Shown here piece by piece: positions 22,901 through 30,500 of a stretch of 64,000 nucleotides of DNA. This DNA is from a virus, in the IMG/VR virus record IMGVR_UViG_3300009130_000014, positions 25,607 through 89,606 of that record; one strand, given 5' to 3'. The translations under genes were made by a program, and so were the position numbers. Numbering within the stretch: the stretch's first letter is position 1; each line of letters starts with the position of its first letter. The notes beneath the pieces were generated by a model that saw only the letters and a program-made list of their open reading frames with translations, did no database searches and was not told the DNA's origin.

Positions 22901-23745
22901 TATCGGGAGCATGGTTAGATTTACTTTTACATGAAGATCCTTCTATTAAAGGATGGGCTGAAACTTTAATTAAATATTCATTTTTAACTTCAGGATTCTC
23001 CAAAGGACTAAATACATTTTTTGATATAATCCCTTCAGATTATTTATTAAAAAGTGATATGAAATCACACATTAATGAATTTATAAGAGGGTCTGAAGTT
23101 AGAGAAAATACAGAATTTGTTGATCAGTTTATGAGAAATAACTGGGATGATACAAGTCTTGTTCCAAGATTTAAAAAATTAGAAGATATGGGAGCTAAGA
23201 TAATATCTGTTAAAACTAATGCGGCTCATGGATTTTACATTGAAAAGGATGATGTGTCTTCACGTATGATGAAAAACGACATAATGCACTCTTATGTAAC
23301 ATATGATACAGGATCTGAAATTAGAATGTATCAATATATGGGAAGGCAAGATGATCGTCATATTTATAATAGGGTTTCTAAATTATCTAAATCAGATAAA
23401 GGATTCAAAGAAATAAATTATGGTAATACATTAAATCCTTTGAATGAAGATCTTAAAACATTATCTTTAAATGATTTAAAAGGATCTAATCGTATAAATG
23501 ATTTAAGAGTATCTAAACATATACATAAGAAGGATATTGGAACAATGGATATTAAAGGAGACACTTTTACATTTTCTGATATTCCTGGAAAGTTTAATAT
23601 AAAGGGGAATACTCTTAATTATAATAATAAACCCGTGATGGATCTGTATTCAGATACACAAGAAGAGTTAATTAAAGAAGCAGAATTTTCCTTAAGGTCT
23701 ATAGGATTAGATATAATTCAAACTTATATAAATAATAATTGTTAA
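16972..23745 (+). CDS. Virion-packaged double-psi-barrel RNA polymerase (crAss-like, phi14:2 gp66-like) with N-terminal zincin-like domain
   Basis: Catalytic 'GSDFDIDK' (DFDID at ~21214-21228), plus 'YRIPNQ', 'ADAQGY', 'KSGVKVG', 'VDNAKDP'; HEAFH at ~17209-17223 followed by 'EELLADQF'; 2257 aa. Confidence 0.9.
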   Translation: MACTYNYKGTQYTQEEYIELLKESNKTLNDEISHIKELLPNAPVNIVNGLLQIPGGFAEGVFDKNMIILSDEAESGTAYHEAFHYVSQLYLSPEGRRKLYDSFKGSVNISDAQVEELLADQFSDYMKGRVSTKLHPVVEYFYNLLQDFLNLFRNEKNKIFNNISRGKYSYKPTSHSESVLYKKSENLKGLSEEWVNDMVQYMSMSMVEYSGIIADASEGVNDLEIISDQIYNDIFDAYEKAKADGNSDIAGHLYIATQEGKFEDLIDLAKKRLSQFKIAEEIKKKESLNEEAKEENLSGDLGLTSSLNISAKNNARAETRMMLTFLQDSSYDSKFFGDYIKAPLDFSKNWNILSKELSGIVSTNEETEGQLMLKKVKSLSKTHPQFKTLYSMLTSDEVLDSTKTKFYSSFSNGRIDYIGGIIQHHKSKAGKDTSIYKQTTGDEQSVSKTLIKEGVSSFIDIYGEKPDLERMTAAAKALHQISKAVDDSFNTNDKEIPNELIDQIIYKTLPSFFNRLGLNISGNAIADYANTKSSDKSIQLKKLMKELSYAIYPKTGHKDFSKLRTTKYDGETLYGSHVKGFDADKNFINNTSIMKNLFKHQATYSDLPGDNSVLGPDGNMYYKETQNSMAVKTLQRFKNGELFDQMLNSRYHRYSELLKKVAKDYEASKNNPNAFSLNLRTFLFNKTEGEAGSEATGKDILSLDEQLDRMNKVLRGSVAKGKSIYTILTMADKSTIHHLAGAGFERFSYNEDNTTAVDKFYNYALAEIERISMSLRDDSVSTIDFYGTKDNNLKSFWFPELSKDGNLAKEINLYNEDGTANTLASAERIKDYIESVLDERIKAEESYISDALRDEDGYIKGIDRDIQNEYRILEGDKLVKDSEDGYTYKDGMSDLISDYALNSIIKNIEFTMLFTGDPAFYKDLSKRTPATIATGYDLILDNIRRKFKVAVGSDIELQSSLYDEYKKYFEDNNLDPDVLAPYDKNEDLGRDGVNQADAQGYITPERFKEIAIGLGKWEKTKHDKIFKALNEGSTDRDYLLEIQKLITEMGVPEGQPLKGMHFELVKDGDVMRPVYLKYSQAVLWPGVIKGTKLVKLASAMKSSKTDEFVFKSGVKVGSKDVSTIDFNNIKLSPFELDNFYWKLQQDLPSKYHKKGRALVGSQPKKNIIANITDRMIGDREGREVAQDVHRIEGMLSDIEKDILDSKWGVRNNKANKDYILKDLIEGFREEDIPENIIEMAEAGVPLDMILQRSTQIDSMLHSKITKAVVKLKSPGGAFVQMSNAGFSKMTGISDLTDLPLDDLNGVIHLKNVDELKGPRKVNGVTVPGDVYLPHSVISDLFEAKPELNDKLKAGTLKGSDVAEYLGDTIENLIGYRIPNQGMSSIDVLNIAGILPPHMGDTIVTYTEITAKTGSDFDIDKMYVMMPHTKYNKKTGLMEVIDMDSDELYFQIHDLKKKLKEGRGEVGNKKLQQAISSKTELLKKALENERIKIWGEILLADATYGDLVTPLDSEFLKDDAYYISFLEEIRKNPGEVSGILDMRIEDVLKSSNRMELSKKYFKNKPVKALEFASPSYQLEVKKRNMAGKAGVGQTANHLTHHALAQEAELYLKYSLGVGNQVSNQDGNLVDLSGTDVEENANTQPKRTITGVISAWLNAYVDNAKDPYISLINNNTKTANTVFLMLRAGVSPEFVNRFISQPLIKEYIETEFESDNNAVDTIFKVGKTNKVVEGVVSSVDSGTETSFQKVTNNSEDTSVADLRSFDIISLEDQILNYDEASPTQISLLNKFLEIQDAANKLNEAVKASKADTEGTYGNSAGNFIARQRKKSVESEGFVGNFSKLFDGTMLGVFHDNSVENAKNVLSGLTILKTPFAEKSVKDIAYITGLNKDGFVTNEKLVNKVYSGLKTYMYGKYAGFDINDATRRVILKRTPEFLMQLKQSHPNNPLVKALTPVQTKEGLKISLRSKVKSGYESDVLSGAWLDLLLHEDPSIKGWAETLIKYSFLTSGFSKGLNTFFDIIPSDYLLKSDMKSHINEFIRGSEVRENTEFVDQFMRNNWDDTSLVPRFKKLEDMGAKIISVKTNAAHGFYIEKDDVSSRMMKNDIMHSYVTYDTGSEIRMYQYMGRQDDRHIYNRVSKLSKSDKGFKEINYGNTLNPLNEDLKTLSLNDLKGSNRINDLRVSKHIHKKDIGTMDIKGDTFTFSDIPGKFNIKGNTLNYNNKPVMDLYSDTQEELIKEAEFSLRSIGLDIIQTYINNNC

Positions 23746-23746
23746 T

Positions 23747-26700
23747 ATGGCTGCATGTCCTAATAAAAATAGTGAAGAGTGGAAAGAATTAGTAGATAAA
23801 GTAGGTAGTGAAATAGAAGCTACTTACTTATTTATTAAAAATAATTACGAAATACCTTCAGATCCTGATGAGGTAAGAACGACAGAAGGATATGATTTTT
23901 CATCTTCTGCAAGAGAAGAAGTCTTTGAATTTAATAAGATAGTGAATGTTAGAGATCAGCTTCTTCAAGCATTGGGTGCAAAATATAATGCACATAAAGG
24001 AACAGATAATAAGCAATACCTGACAGATTTAAAGAAACTTATTGAAGATTTTAAGAAAGCAGATATTGAAGCAGGTATGCATATATTTTTAAATAATGCT
24101 CATTCTAAATTAGAATCGTTAGATAAGAAAATGTCTGCTCAAAACAATGACTTAGGAGTTCTGCATACTATGAATAGCTTTGCGGGAACTTTTGGATTAA
24201 TAGATCAAATAACCCCGTATTTAGATAATCCTATATTAGAGTTTGATGAAGAAACTAAAAAGAGTATTACAAGCATTAATGGTAAAGTAAAAAGATTACA
24301 TTCTAAATATATAGGATATGCTAGAAAAACATTAGTTCATAGGTTAGCAGCAGAAAGTACTATTGAAAGAACTAAGAGAAAAGAAAAATTAAAAAAAGAT
24401 TTTGTTAAAAATAACCCTAGAAAAGATTCAGGGTTAAATGAATCAGATTACATAAAAGCTCAAACTGATTATGTAGAAAAGGCATTAAATGATCTAGCTA
24501 ATGATATACGACAGGCTGAAATAGAGCGTATTAGAGAATTACTTGTTTTGGCTCCAGATGATATTGATACTATTACAAAGAATATAATGGATCCGAGAGG
24601 AGTAAATGAATCTATTATACAGTTAACTGTAAAAATGTTAGATAAAGCAGACTTTGATGCCAAAGAATCTTTTATAAACAGCAGAAGATCAGCATTATCT
24701 GTATGGGAAAAGTTCAAGGATTCTAGAAATGCAGGAGGGGTTATTACAGATCAAAAGAAATTATACGAAGATATAATAGAAAAGATCGACGGAAAAGAAA
24801 CTCAATATTATACAAGACCTTTATTTTCAACTTATTATATAGCAAAAGATGAGATGTGGGAAGAATATAATAAATTGAAAGATGAAGGTAAGAAGAAAGA
24901 AGCTAAAAAGGTTTTAAAAGATTGGAAAAATAAATATCTTATTGACAAGAAAGGGAAGTTCATACCTTCTAATACAAAACCTGAATTTCATAATCCTCAG
25001 TATAAAACTATATATTCAGACTCTACTAAAAAGGAAATGTATAATTTTTTAGTAGCATTTAATAACGAATCTGATTCTATGGTTAGAGGGAAAAATAAAT
25101 TAGAATATAAATTACCTTCTATCTCACAAAGAACAGCAGAGAAAATAATAGACTCCGAAGGAGGTATTATTGAAGTAGGAAAAGAATGGTGGAAAGATTC
25201 TGTTCAAGGGAGAATAGATGATGAACAATTCGGTAATATAGAACAGAATGAAGACGGCACTATTAAAGTATTAACTGATCAATTTGGAAAACCTCTTAAG
25301 AGAATAGCAGTTCCTTTTAGAGGTGATATTGAAATAACAAATCAATCTTATGATTTAATGGGAATGAGTCTTACTAATAGATATGCTTCTTTAAATTTTA
25401 AAGAAAAAGATGCTATTAAGAAAGACCTAGAAGTGCTTTCTGATGTGGTTTCAGAAAGAGATGTTCGAAAGACATCTGGTGATAAAGTCATAATGAAAAC
25501 ACTTAGCTCGATACCGGGAATATCAACAGAAGAAATAAACGACGTGGTAGATACTATTCCCGGAAGAGATTCTAACACTTTTGAATTACTTACTAGCTTG
25601 TTGGAAGATCGTTTATATGGAAAACATCGAGCAGCTATATCTGAAATGGATATTAAATTAGATAAACTTTCAGATAAAGCAATACAAGCTTCTTCTCATA
25701 TGATGCTGATAGCCAATCTGTTAGGAGGAACTTCCAATTTAATTGCAGGTAAAACTATGAACTTTCTGGAATCTACCAGATCTATTCATTTTAATACTAA
25801 GAATTTAGCTAAGGCTGAGGAATTATATTGGGGTGATATAGGAGGAATAGTGAGGGATATGGGAAGCCTTGCTCCTTCTTCTATGACAGGAATGTTAATA
25901 GAAAAATTTATAGATACCTCTATGGACTTCAGCCCTCTCTCTAATCATCTGACTAAAGATACAAAATTCAAAAGGCTTTTTAATATGGGAACCTTGCATG
26001 GAATTAATAGCAGTGCTGAGCATTATATTCAAGGTTCTTTAATGTTTAGTGCCTTAGATAATATTAAGGTAGTAGATAAAGAGACTGGTAAGTATGTAAC
26101 CTCTAAAGGTCAACTTACTGATAATAGAGACGAAGCTGCGGGAATGTATTACGGATACACTTCTGAAAACGGATTAAAATGGAATCACTCATATACTATC
26201 GAAGGTCAGAAAGAAGTAACTCCAGAAGTAGAGCAATATGTCAATTCTAAAACAAAAGATATAATTGCGGATTTACAAGGTATGTACGACGGTACTAATA
26301 AATCTATGATAGAAAGAGAATGGTATGGAAAACTAGCATTCTATTTACGAAAATGGATGGTTCGAGGTACGTTAAGAAGATGGAGGGGGATACAGCACGC
26401 TTCTAAAGAATTAGATGAATTAGAAGATCATCAAAGATTTTACTCTGAGTCTACTCAGGATTTTAAAGAAGGAACGTATACTAGTTTAGCTAGATTCTTT
26501 ATAAACACTCAGTCTAGAATTAGAAAGATGCAGTGGGAATTAATGAGGCAGGATTGGGATTCTCTTTCTGATATGGAAAAGGGTAATATCAAAGCAGCAG
26601 CTACAGAAATAGCTGTCATGGTAGGCTCTCTCATAGCCTCTAACTTTCTAGCAGGTTTAGCTAAAAAAGAGCCAGATGAAGAGGATAAGGAATTACTGTA

Positions 26701-27025
26701 TACATATGCATATCTTTTACTTAGAACTTCAGATGAATTAAGAATGTACACAGGTACTGACATTCCTGAAATGTCAAGAGTTATGAGATCGCCTACTGCT
26801 ACATTAAATACACTTGAACAAAGTTGGAGATCCCTTAGTCAAATATCCGAAGACTTTTTCTATAGAATACCTACAGGAGAAGGGCTAGAAGAATATGAAG
26901 GAGGACGTCATAAAGGAGAGTCAAAAAGCTGGGTTCAAGTTAATAGGATGATTAATCCTTTCTATAAAAATTGGTACGATAAAAACGCTCAGAAGTCATA
27001 TGACTTTCTTAAAAACCCTAGATAA
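23747..27025 (+). CDS. Large cargo protein downstream of virion RNAP (gp67-like position)
   Basis: 1092 aa, starts MAACPN; helical; C-terminal 'LQGMYD', 'FYLRKWM', 'EGTYTS' region and a hydrophobic helix; single Cys at residue 4. Confidence 0.55.
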   Translation: MAACPNKNSEEWKELVDKVGSEIEATYLFIKNNYEIPSDPDEVRTTEGYDFSSSAREEVFEFNKIVNVRDQLLQALGAKYNAHKGTDNKQYLTDLKKLIEDFKKADIEAGMHIFLNNAHSKLESLDKKMSAQNNDLGVLHTMNSFAGTFGLIDQITPYLDNPILEFDEETKKSITSINGKVKRLHSKYIGYARKTLVHRLAAESTIERTKRKEKLKKDFVKNNPRKDSGLNESDYIKAQTDYVEKALNDLANDIRQAEIERIRELLVLAPDDIDTITKNIMDPRGVNESIIQLTVKMLDKADFDAKESFINSRRSALSVWEKFKDSRNAGGVITDQKKLYEDIIEKIDGKETQYYTRPLFSTYYIAKDEMWEEYNKLKDEGKKKEAKKVLKDWKNKYLIDKKGKFIPSNTKPEFHNPQYKTIYSDSTKKEMYNFLVAFNNESDSMVRGKNKLEYKLPSISQRTAEKIIDSEGGIIEVGKEWWKDSVQGRIDDEQFGNIEQNEDGTIKVLTDQFGKPLKRIAVPFRGDIEITNQSYDLMGMSLTNRYASLNFKEKDAIKKDLEVLSDVVSERDVRKTSGDKVIMKTLSSIPGISTEEINDVVDTIPGRDSNTFELLTSLLEDRLYGKHRAAISEMDIKLDKLSDKAIQASSHMMLIANLLGGTSNLIAGKTMNFLESTRSIHFNTKNLAKAEELYWGDIGGIVRDMGSLAPSSMTGMLIEKFIDTSMDFSPLSNHLTKDTKFKRLFNMGTLHGINSSAEHYIQGSLMFSALDNIKVVDKETGKYVTSKGQLTDNRDEAAGMYYGYTSENGLKWNHSYTIEGQKEVTPEVEQYVNSKTKDIIADLQGMYDGTNKSMIEREWYGKLAFYLRKWMVRGTLRRWRGIQHASKELDELEDHQRFYSESTQDFKEGTYTSLARFFINTQSRIRKMQWELMRQDWDSLSDMEKGNIKAAATEIAVMVGSLIASNFLAGLAKKEPDEEDKELLYTYAYLLLRTSDELRMYTGTDIPEMSRVMRSPTATLNTLEQSWRSLSQISEDFFYRIPTGEGLEEYEGGRHKGESKSWVQVNRMINPFYKNWYDKNAQKSYDFLKNPR

Positions 27026-27051
27026 CTAATCGGGATCTTGTATATTAATTA

Positions 27052-27059
27052 TATATTTG
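27052..27059 (+). promoter_or_regulatory. Possible Bacteroidota-type -7 promoter box (TAnnTTTG)
   Basis: TATATTTG at the end of the gap between cargo and fibre genes, 4 nt before ATG 27063; no correctly spaced -33 box seen. Confidence 0.25.
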
Positions 27060-28196
27060 TATATGAAATTCCCGAAATTGACAAATTTAGAATTAATAAA
27101 AGTATTAGAAAGTGCTACTGAACTTTTTAGGAATAAAATCTATTACAATAGAGATTATGTAGAAAAGTACATAGGACTTAATATACATTCTTCTGGATTT
27201 TATGGTCAAAAAATAGGCGACGAGCTTGTAGCTCTTTCTAGAAATAAGACTACTTTCGATGATGATAAGGATATAAATATATTTATTCAAGGTCAAGTAG
27301 ATTTAATAAGAGAGCCTATAAATAGCGGAACAGGAGAGATTACTTACTCAGGTTATGGTTATTTAATAGTCGATGATGTTATAATTTTTGATGGGAGAAC
27401 AGGAAAAGGAAAGGGAAGGTCTGATATATATGTAGAATCTCTTACCGGGGAATTTGTAGAACAGTCAGTAGAAGGAATTTCTGTAGGTAACTCAATTGAT
27501 CATAGGATTGAAATGAGAAGCGGGAAGCCTCATCTTATTATAGGAGATCCTTATCAAGTTCCTTCATTTACTTCCTTCTTTATAACTTCTCAACCTACTC
27601 TTATCGAAGCGGGAGATTTTATAGTAGGAGGGCCACGGACCTTTACTTGGACTACTAATAATAGTTCTAATGTAACGTCTGATGATATTACCATAACAGA
27701 CGTGGATGCAGCTACTGATTTAATTACAGGATCATCTAATGACGGTACTGAAACAATTGATATAGGAGGTACTATTCAATTATTAGCTGGAGATACACAA
27801 ACATATAGAATTACTTCAAGTCAATTGCAAGGAGCAGATATATCAAGAGTATTTACAGTAGTAGCTAATTGGGCTGTTTTCTCAGGAAATAATTCATTAA
27901 CGAGCCTTACAGAAGCTGATGTAGAAGCATTGGCTAATAAAGAATTAAGAAGTAATTTCATTAAAACGTTTAATCTTTCAGCAGGAGGGTATAAATGGAT
28001 ATGTTATCCTACAGATTTTGGGACAGCTACTTCATTTACAGACACAGCTACTAATTTTCCTGTAGCCATGGAACCTTTCGGGGGATTAAATTATGAATTA
28101 ATAAGTATAACAAATGCTTTCGGTCAAACAATAGATTATAAATGTCATAGGACTTTAAATCAATTAGGAAGTAATATAAACATTGCAGTATCATGA
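27057..28196 (+). CDS. Tail-associated structural protein (beta-rich); ATG start probably 27063
   Basis: Thr/Ser/Gly-rich Ig-like C-terminal half ('FTWTTNN', 'GYKWICYP..FG'); lies in the fibre cluster. Confidence 0.5.
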   Translation: MYMKFPKLTNLELIKVLESATELFRNKIYYNRDYVEKYIGLNIHSSGFYGQKIGDELVALSRNKTTFDDDKDINIFIQGQVDLIREPINSGTGEITYSGYGYLIVDDVIIFDGRTGKGKGRSDIYVESLTGEFVEQSVEGISVGNSIDHRIEMRSGKPHLIIGDPYQVPSFTSFFITSQPTLIEAGDFIVGGPRTFTWTTNNSSNVTSDDITITDVDAATDLITGSSNDGTETIDIGGTIQLLAGDTQTYRITSSQLQGADISRVFTVVANWAVFSGNNSLTSLTEADVEALANKELRSNFIKTFNLSAGGYKWICYPTDFGTATSFTDTATNFPVAMEPFGGLNYELISITNAFGQTIDYKCHRTLNQLGSNINIAVS

Positions 28197-28450
28197 TAAA
28201 AAAACAATTATTAAAATTAATAGCTAAATACACTTTATCTATGTTAAAGTCTTTAAATGACAAAACAGAGGATGAGAAAAAAGAAATACTAGATACTTGT
28301 AATAAAATCTCAGAAGTGTCTTGGATTCTAGCAAGTCATGTTAAAGGTAAAGAGTTTTCCGATTATAATAAAAAAATTATAGCAGATCAGCTAAAGAGAT
28401 GGTCAAAAGGAGAACCAACACTTAAGGACTTTAAAAGCTTATATAGATAA
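28193..28450 (+). CDS. Hypothetical small helical protein
   Basis: Overlaps neighbours through ATGA and TAATG junctions, consistent with translational coupling. Confidence 0.5.
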   Translation: MIKKQLLKLIAKYTLSMLKSLNDKTEDEKKEILDTCNKISEVSWILASHVKGKEFSDYNKKIIADQLKRWSKGEPTLKDFKSLYR

Positions 28451-29877
28451 TGAGTAGTTTTAATAAACCAATACCGGAAATACAAGTCGGTGTTACGGGG
28501 TTTATAACTACTACAGATAGTAGTGATACATTCGCTGTAACGCACCCTTTTTATTCAGCAGGAGGCTTTAAATATTCTGATGATATAGTAGAAAGGGACG
28601 CTATATTACCTAGTCGTCGTATACCTGAAATTACAGTAGTGTATGTGGACTCTGTAGATACGTGGTTTCAGTTACAAGGAGGGATTACTAATACAGATTG
28701 GGTTAGTTTAGGGTCAGAGCCTTTTAATGAAACCCTTACAGGATCCGAAATTAAATCCTTATATGAAGCAGAACTTGATACTAATGCTTTTACAGATGCT
28801 GAAAAATCTAAGTTATCAGGATTGGAATCTTCTAAGTTTCTAGGATCATATATCTCTTTAGCGGCATTACAAGGAGCACATACTACTGCTTCTCCTGGTA
28901 ATTATGCAGATGTTGATACAGGAGTAGGAAATGATGTACTTAGATATATTTGGGATGATGATGATAGCGAATGGGTAGAGCAAGGAGCCGGGACAACTCT
29001 CACGGCTGCTCAAGTAAAAGTTCTATACGAAAGTAATTCAGACACTAACGCATTTACTGATTCGGACGAGACTAAGTTAAATGGGATAGAAGCAGGAGCA
29101 GAGGTTAATGTTCAGGCAGATTGGAATGAAACGGATAACACAAGTGATTCTTTCATTAAAAACAAGCCTGCTATTTCAGTTACAGATCAAGGATATACAC
29201 CTGTAACCGATATAACAGAATTAAATGCTGCTATCGTAGATACATCTATAACTAATGTAGTTGTACAAAATATTATAACAGGATCTCTTGTAGCGAACAC
29301 TTCATCTACTACTAAAGTAGTAGGTCTTCCTTTAAACTTGACATCTAGTCAAATATCAGGTACAGGTACTGTAGAGTTTTATAATGATGTAACGGCTGCT
29401 ACTATGACTCTGTCTACTCCGGCTAGCGCAAAGTATAGAAATATTATAGGGGCAGTAGCGTTAACAAATACAGGAACTTTTTTATATGAGTATGCAGATT
29501 CTACTATAACTACTTCGGGTGTAGCACCTATACAGACTTATTGGGATAATACCATTAAATCAGTAGTCCCTACATTAACCGAATATGTTAGTTTATCTGC
29601 TTCAACTGATTCTCCTGTAAGTAAGTTTAGTAGAGTATTTAAAGGTCCTGTTACAGTAGATACAGTATCTTTATCATTTAATGCAGATATATCCTCAGTT
29701 TCATTTGAAGCAAGAGAAGGTAATGGATCAGTTATAGGTTTAGCAGATCTTGCTGACTTAAGTACTTGGATAGGAGGTAACATAGCAACTAATGATATTT
29801 GGCAAATAAGAGCGATAATAGTATTTAACGCATCCTATGTAGGTGATGGCGAATGCACATTTAAAATAGATTTATAA
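28450..29877 (+). CDS. Tail fibre protein with internal repeats
   Basis: Two copies of LT..(E/Q)(I/V)K.LYE...DTNAFTD.(E/D)..KL.G(L/I)E, plus 'GAEVNVQADWNETD...FIKNKP', typical of fibre shaft motifs. Confidence 0.65.
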   Translation: MSSFNKPIPEIQVGVTGFITTTDSSDTFAVTHPFYSAGGFKYSDDIVERDAILPSRRIPEITVVYVDSVDTWFQLQGGITNTDWVSLGSEPFNETLTGSEIKSLYEAELDTNAFTDAEKSKLSGLESSKFLGSYISLAALQGAHTTASPGNYADVDTGVGNDVLRYIWDDDDSEWVEQGAGTTLTAAQVKVLYESNSDTNAFTDSDETKLNGIEAGAEVNVQADWNETDNTSDSFIKNKPAISVTDQGYTPVTDITELNAAIVDTSITNVVVQNIITGSLVANTSSTTKVVGLPLNLTSSQISGTGTVEFYNDVTAATMTLSTPASAKYRNIIGAVALTNTGTFLYEYADSTITTSGVAPIQTYWDNTIKSVVPTLTEYVSLSASTDSPVSKFSRVFKGPVTVDTVSLSFNADISSVSFEAREGNGSVIGLADLADLSTWIGGNIATNDIWQIRAIIVFNASYVGDGECTFKIDL

Positions 29878-30500
29878 TGAGTAAGATTACAGTCAGAGGA
29901 ATAGAGTATACAGCTACTTTTGGACTAGAAGAAAATAAAATAGAGTTTACAGAAAATAATGTAAACAAAGTATATAATTTAGAATTTATAGGGATAAGTA
30001 TCCCCCGTAAAAGTAAGGATTCTAATGGAAGTACAGGTAATGTTAAGCCTGGTTCTATAACAGCAGAATATAATTTAGAAACTTATTTTGAAGATCAATA
30101 TAACGTTCCTAAAAAAGGTGTTGTAAAATCAGATTCGGGAAGTTATGAAAAATATTATAACTCATTTAAAGGAGAAACTGGACCTAACATTCATAAAGCA
30201 GGAATTAATTCTGTAGCTAGAGCAGAGATAGGAAAAACAGATGACCAAGCTATGTTCTTTAATCCAATTAAAGGATTTGATCCTGTACAGCCTATTATAT
30301 ATGATTTAGATATCAGAGTAAACACAGTAACTATTAATGTTATCGACAAGCCTGAAGGAGATTTAAAGTATTCATTAGATGGCTTTATTACCTCTTTTGA
30401 TCTTCCTCAATCTTTAAATTTACCTTCAGGGACTTATACCATGGGCATTATGCATCCGGATGACGAATTACCTTTTTATAAAGCCATAACTATACTATAA
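29877..30500 (+). CDS. Hypothetical tail-associated protein
   Basis: TAATG-coupled; C-terminal 'YSLDG...LPSGTYT' resembles an SprB/Ig-like repeat. Confidence 0.45.
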   Translation: MSKITVRGIEYTATFGLEENKIEFTENNVNKVYNLEFIGISIPRKSKDSNGSTGNVKPGSITAEYNLETYFEDQYNVPKKGVVKSDSGSYEKYYNSFKGETGPNIHKAGINSVARAEIGKTDDQAMFFNPIKGFDPVQPIIYDLDIRVNTVTINVIDKPEGDLKYSLDGFITSFDLPQSLNLPSGTYTMGIMHPDDELPFYKAITIL

